The translations under genes and the position numbers were made by a program. From positions 69,963 to 79,425 of the forward strand of contig JBHLRO010000019.1 in the NCBI GenBank assembly GCA_048882505.1: a stretch of 9,463 bases of DNA, read 5' to 3'. The notes under the pieces are model-generated. The model ran no database searches, was not told the DNA's origin, and saw nothing but the letters and a program-made list of their open reading frames with translations. Each line of letters begins with the position of its first letter. Position 1 is the stretch's first letter. Shown here piece after piece: positions 6,988-9,463 of this stretch. This stretch comes from Candidatus Thorarchaeota archaeon (GTDB lineage Archaea; Asgardarchaeota; Heimdallarchaeia; Hodarchaeales; Hodarchaeaceae).

Positions 6988-7995
6988 TTGCCTGAGATTG
7001 TTCCACGGATAACAGTGATCGGAACGGGAAGGATGGGGTATTATCATTGCCGAATGCTTGCAAGACTGGGCTATTTGGATTCAGTAGTTGACATTAATGC
7101 TGAAACAGCAAGAAAAATTGGAAGCCAATTTGAAAGGCCGTGGTTTAAGAGCATCCCGGACCTGGCCCAGGCCCGTTCGCCAAATGGATTGGTTATTGCT
7201 GTTCCTACTCATCTTCACTCAATGATCGCTCGTGAAGCGATGGAAAACGTTCCTGATTTCAAGGCCATGCTCATTGAAAAGCCAATTTCTTCCTCCATAG
7301 AGGAAGCTCTGGAACTTAAGGAGTTTTTCGAAAAAAGGCCCGTGAAAGTCATTGTGGGGCATGTTGAAGTCTACAATCCAGTTGTTATGCGAATCCAAGA
7401 AATCTTGAACCAGGGGGTAATAGGAACGATGAGATCCATCCTGTTCCAACGGCGAGGAACCGTCGCGGAAGCTCGAATAGAATCCATTGGCGACGTTTAC
7501 GAGGATATTGGCGTCCACGATTTCGATGTAGCCTCACGATTCCTCCCAAAAGGCAAAATGCAATTATTTTCAGCTGCAGTTCAATTGGAAGGGGTCGACA
7601 ACTCCAGTACGATTGTTCTCTCACACGAATCTGAAGAACTCATTGTGACTTTTTTACTAAGCCGAGAACATGCTGGAAAGGTGAGAAAGATTGAAATTGA
7701 AGGTACCAAAGCAACACTTAGCGCTAACCTGTTAACACAGGTCTTAGAACTGCGTAGTTTAGAGATTGCTCGTGGAGAAACGGAGAGTTCTGCTATAAGG
7801 ATTCCTTTCTCTAATGGTGAACAGGTGAAAGTCTACGGTGAGCCCCTTTTGCTTGAGATATGGAATTTGATAGATTGTGTTCGAGCTAAGACATCTCCCT
7901 TGGTAACCCTTGATGATGGTATTAACGCGCTTAAACTAGTGGAAGCAGCGCGTACAAGTATCCGAACACGACAATTGGTGCAAGTACAGATCTAA
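6988..7995 (+). CDS. Gfo/Idh/MocA family NAD(P)-dependent oxidoreductase, probably acting on a sugar or nucleotide sugar
   Basis: Rossmann motif VIGTGRMG, plus AVPTHLH, LIEKPI, VGHVEVYNP, DIGVHDFD. TTG start with GGTG upstream. Confidence 0.9.
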   Translation: MPEIVPRITVIGTGRMGYYHCRMLARLGYLDSVVDINAETARKIGSQFERPWFKSIPDLAQARSPNGLVIAVPTHLHSMIAREAMENVPDFKAMLIEKPISSSIEEALELKEFFEKRPVKVIVGHVEVYNPVVMRIQEILNQGVIGTMRSILFQRRGTVAEARIESIGDVYEDIGVHDFDVASRFLPKGKMQLFSAAVQLEGVDNSSTIVLSHESEELIVTFLLSREHAGKVRKIEIEGTKATLSANLLTQVLELRSLEIARGETESSAIRIPFSNGEQVKVYGEPLLLEIWNLIDCVRAKTSPLVTLDDGINALKLVEAARTSIRTRQLVQVQI

Positions 7996-8025
7996 TCGTC
8001 TTATCAAAAAGAAGAACGATCTAGA
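7991..8025. terminator. Candidate terminator region between convergent genes
   Basis: The minus strand reads TTCTTCTTTTT just after the GT stop, an archaeal oligo-T-type tract. An imperfect inverted repeat (tcta-atcgt-ctt ... aag-a-acgat-c-taga) spans both stop codons. Confidence 0.35.
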
Positions 8026-9136
8026 GTCCGGTGCTTTCTGTCTCTTCCAACACATTCAAAAGTACGTCTGCGACCTCATTCTCGCCGATCCGCTGATAAC
8101 GTGGCGATAAATAGCGATAATTTTGTTTGAGATCGAGAACTTCGGGGATTAACGCCCGCCATTTGCCTTGTAGGTACTCTTCTCGATTCAAACACCTGCC
8201 AATCCCCAGTGTTTCGATTTGCTGGGCCATTTGGATCGACTCTGGTGTCCCAGCGAAGTCCACGCCTAAGATGGGGACTTTTCCTCGGATCGCTTCGGTC
8301 ACAGAGCCATAACCTACTTTAATTAACGCTAGATCGCTACAAGCTATGTAATCCTGTCCTTCTGTATCTGATGAAGGAATTAATCTAATATTATGACCAT
8401 TACATGTTGTCTTACCACCGAGGATGAATATGCCGTCACTATCCTCTAGCCAATCCTCGCGAAATGGGTTCCTCATCGACATACCCGTCCCCGCGTAAAT
8501 TACTTGATCAGTGGATTCAACTCTGAGTAGTTCTCGCATTTCTGCTGATGTTCGGGTGGGAGACCGACATACCATGCTGGTTTCAAAGATCGTTGGAAAC
8601 ACCGTATTCTCAAGATTAAATGGTAACAATAATCCTAGAGAAGCCTGACGATACGCATTCCAAAGGGCTTTCAAATTTCTTCCATTAAATAGGGGATGTT
8701 GATAGATGTCAACCCAGGTGAAATTACTGATCGCTACGCCAATAATATTCAACTTTTTCGCCAGTAAAAATGGCTGAGGGGCAATATCTGAGATTATTAA
8801 GCCGAGATCTTGCGGCCTTAGCTTTTTATACGTTCCAATAAGATACTGGGTATCCCAGGAATTAATCCATGAATGAATCCTCTCCGCAGTCTCACCATAA
8901 CTGATTTTTCCGTTTGGTGCTTGACAATACCCTTCGTCATTAAGGAGATTATGAAAGGTAATACGATTGGCGTCTTCATTCAAGGAAAGAGATTGTCGAA
9001 TAAAAGGAAGCGGTTTAGAGGTATAAACGGCGATCGACACACCCAAATCGCATTCTAATAGGGCGCGAATGATGGCCACGCTACGTGTGGCGTGGCCCAG
9101 TCCGTGATCACTTATGAAATATGCAATCGAAGCCAT
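8021..9136 (-). CDS. GT-B fold glycosyltransferase-like protein (GT28-related), similar to the N-terminal domain of L-arabinokinase
   Basis: Motifs YFISDHGLGHATRS, IISDIAP, ISNFTWVDIY, DYIACSDLALIKVGYGSVTEA, P.E. 371 aa, with no GHMP kinase domain. Confidence 0.75.
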   Translation of the reverse strand: MASIAYFISDHGLGHATRSVAIIRALLECDLGVSIAVYTSKPLPFIRQSLSLNEDANRITFHNLLNDEGYCQAPNGKISYGETAERIHSWINSWDTQYLIGTYKKLRPQDLGLIISDIAPQPFLLAKKLNIIGVAISNFTWVDIYQHPLFNGRNLKALWNAYRQASLGLLLPFNLENTVFPTIFETSMVCRSPTRTSAEMRELLRVESTDQVIYAGTGMSMRNPFREDWLEDSDGIFILGGKTTCNGHNIRLIPSSDTEGQDYIACSDLALIKVGYGSVTEAIRGKVPILGVDFAGTPESIQMAQQIETLGIGRCLNREEYLQGKWRALIPEVLDLKQNYRYLSPRYQRIGENEVADVLLNVLEETESTGL

Positions 9137-9301
9137 TAAAATTTCCTGTTGGATCGGTAAAAAAACCTGTCTTATTTGTTTTCAAAATTAGTATCATCAG
9201 CGTTGATTTGAAAAAGATTGTCACGTTTACTCTATTCTTTTCGAAGGATTTAGGAAGCCTAAAATCTTCATCAAAATTCAAGCCCCTTTTGGGAACACAC
9301 G

Positions 9302-9312
9302 CGAAATTATAT
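9302..9312 (+). promoter_or_regulatory. Candidate BRE/TATA for the nucleotide-sugar dehydrogenase
   Basis: CGAAA followed by TTATAT, about 30 nt upstream of ATG9342. Confidence 0.45.
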
Positions 9313-9341
9313 CGCTCAACCTAGTCACAGGTAGATTGGAG

Positions 9342-9463
9342 ATGAAAGTTACTATTTTCGGAGCAGGGTACGTTGGACTGAGTACTGCAGTCTGCCTAGC
9401 TACCAAGTTTGAAGTTTCGTTGGTAGATATCGATGCTGATAAGATTAATGCAATTCATAAGGG
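9342..9463 (+). CDS. UDP-glucose/GDP-mannose dehydrogenase family protein, 3'-truncated (absent from the ORF track)
   Basis: My translation: MKVTIFGAGYVGLSTAVCLATKFEVSLVDIDADKINAIHK..., the typical GxGYVG Rossmann start of this family. An in-frame TTG at 9336 is an alternative start. Substrate cannot be assigned from 40 aa. Confidence 0.88.
   Translation, partial: MKVTIFGAGYVGLSTAVCLATKFEVSLVDIDADKINAIHK

Noticed and set aside
4245-9058. Short alternative-frame ORFs (4245-4436, 4479-4703, 7219-7518, 7385-7624, 8127-8312, 8873-9058)
   Set aside because: All lie wholly within well-supported genes and show no protein-family motifs, so they are shadow ORFs.
9179-9214. Inverted repeat TTTTCAAA...TTTGAAAA
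   Set aside because: Low-complexity AT-rich 8-mer with a 20-nt gap, expected in an AT-rich spacer.
9121-9324. 67-aa plus-strand ORF filling the GT/dehydrogenase spacer
   Set aside because: It overlaps the GT start antisense, runs through the promoter-like elements and has no recognisable motif. Probably spurious, though not strictly excluded.
1-9463. tRNA, rRNA, CRISPR array, IS element or defence system
   Set aside because: No cloverleaf, regularly spaced repeats, transposase or nuclease motifs were seen, and the spacers are too short for most such elements.

Overview
A gene-dense chromosomal window with archaeal features: TATA-like boxes, short spacers, a CofC/FbiD F420-pathway gene, a split MetE and an HTH-CBS regulator. 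An Asgard-like or other uncultured archaeal origin is a guess that I cannot verify. Contents in order: 5'-truncated cofC (+); mannose-1-phosphate guanylyltransferase (+); a minus-strand three-gene methionine operon (MetE N-terminal-half-like subunit, Zn-binding catalytic MetE subunit, MetF); a divergent Cro/C1-HTH + CBS-pair regulator; a UPF0104 flippase-like membrane protein; a Gfo/Idh/MocA dehydrogenase; a minus-strand GT-B glycosyltransferase resembling the N-terminal domain of plant L-arabinokinase; and the first 40 codons of a UDP-glucose/GDP-mannose dehydrogenase that the ORF track missed. The most interesting unexplained signal is a repeated intergenic motif, (A)GCGGGAAT(T). It occurs twice in the met/regulator divergent spacer and once as half of a near-perfect 16-bp palindrome just downstream of a TATA-like box after the regulator. 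This suggests a CBS-ligand-sensing (possibly SAM) regulon linking methionine synthesis to surface-glycan genes. I recognised no RNA genes, CRISPR arrays or mobile elements. All family assignments come from motif recognition, not database searches.
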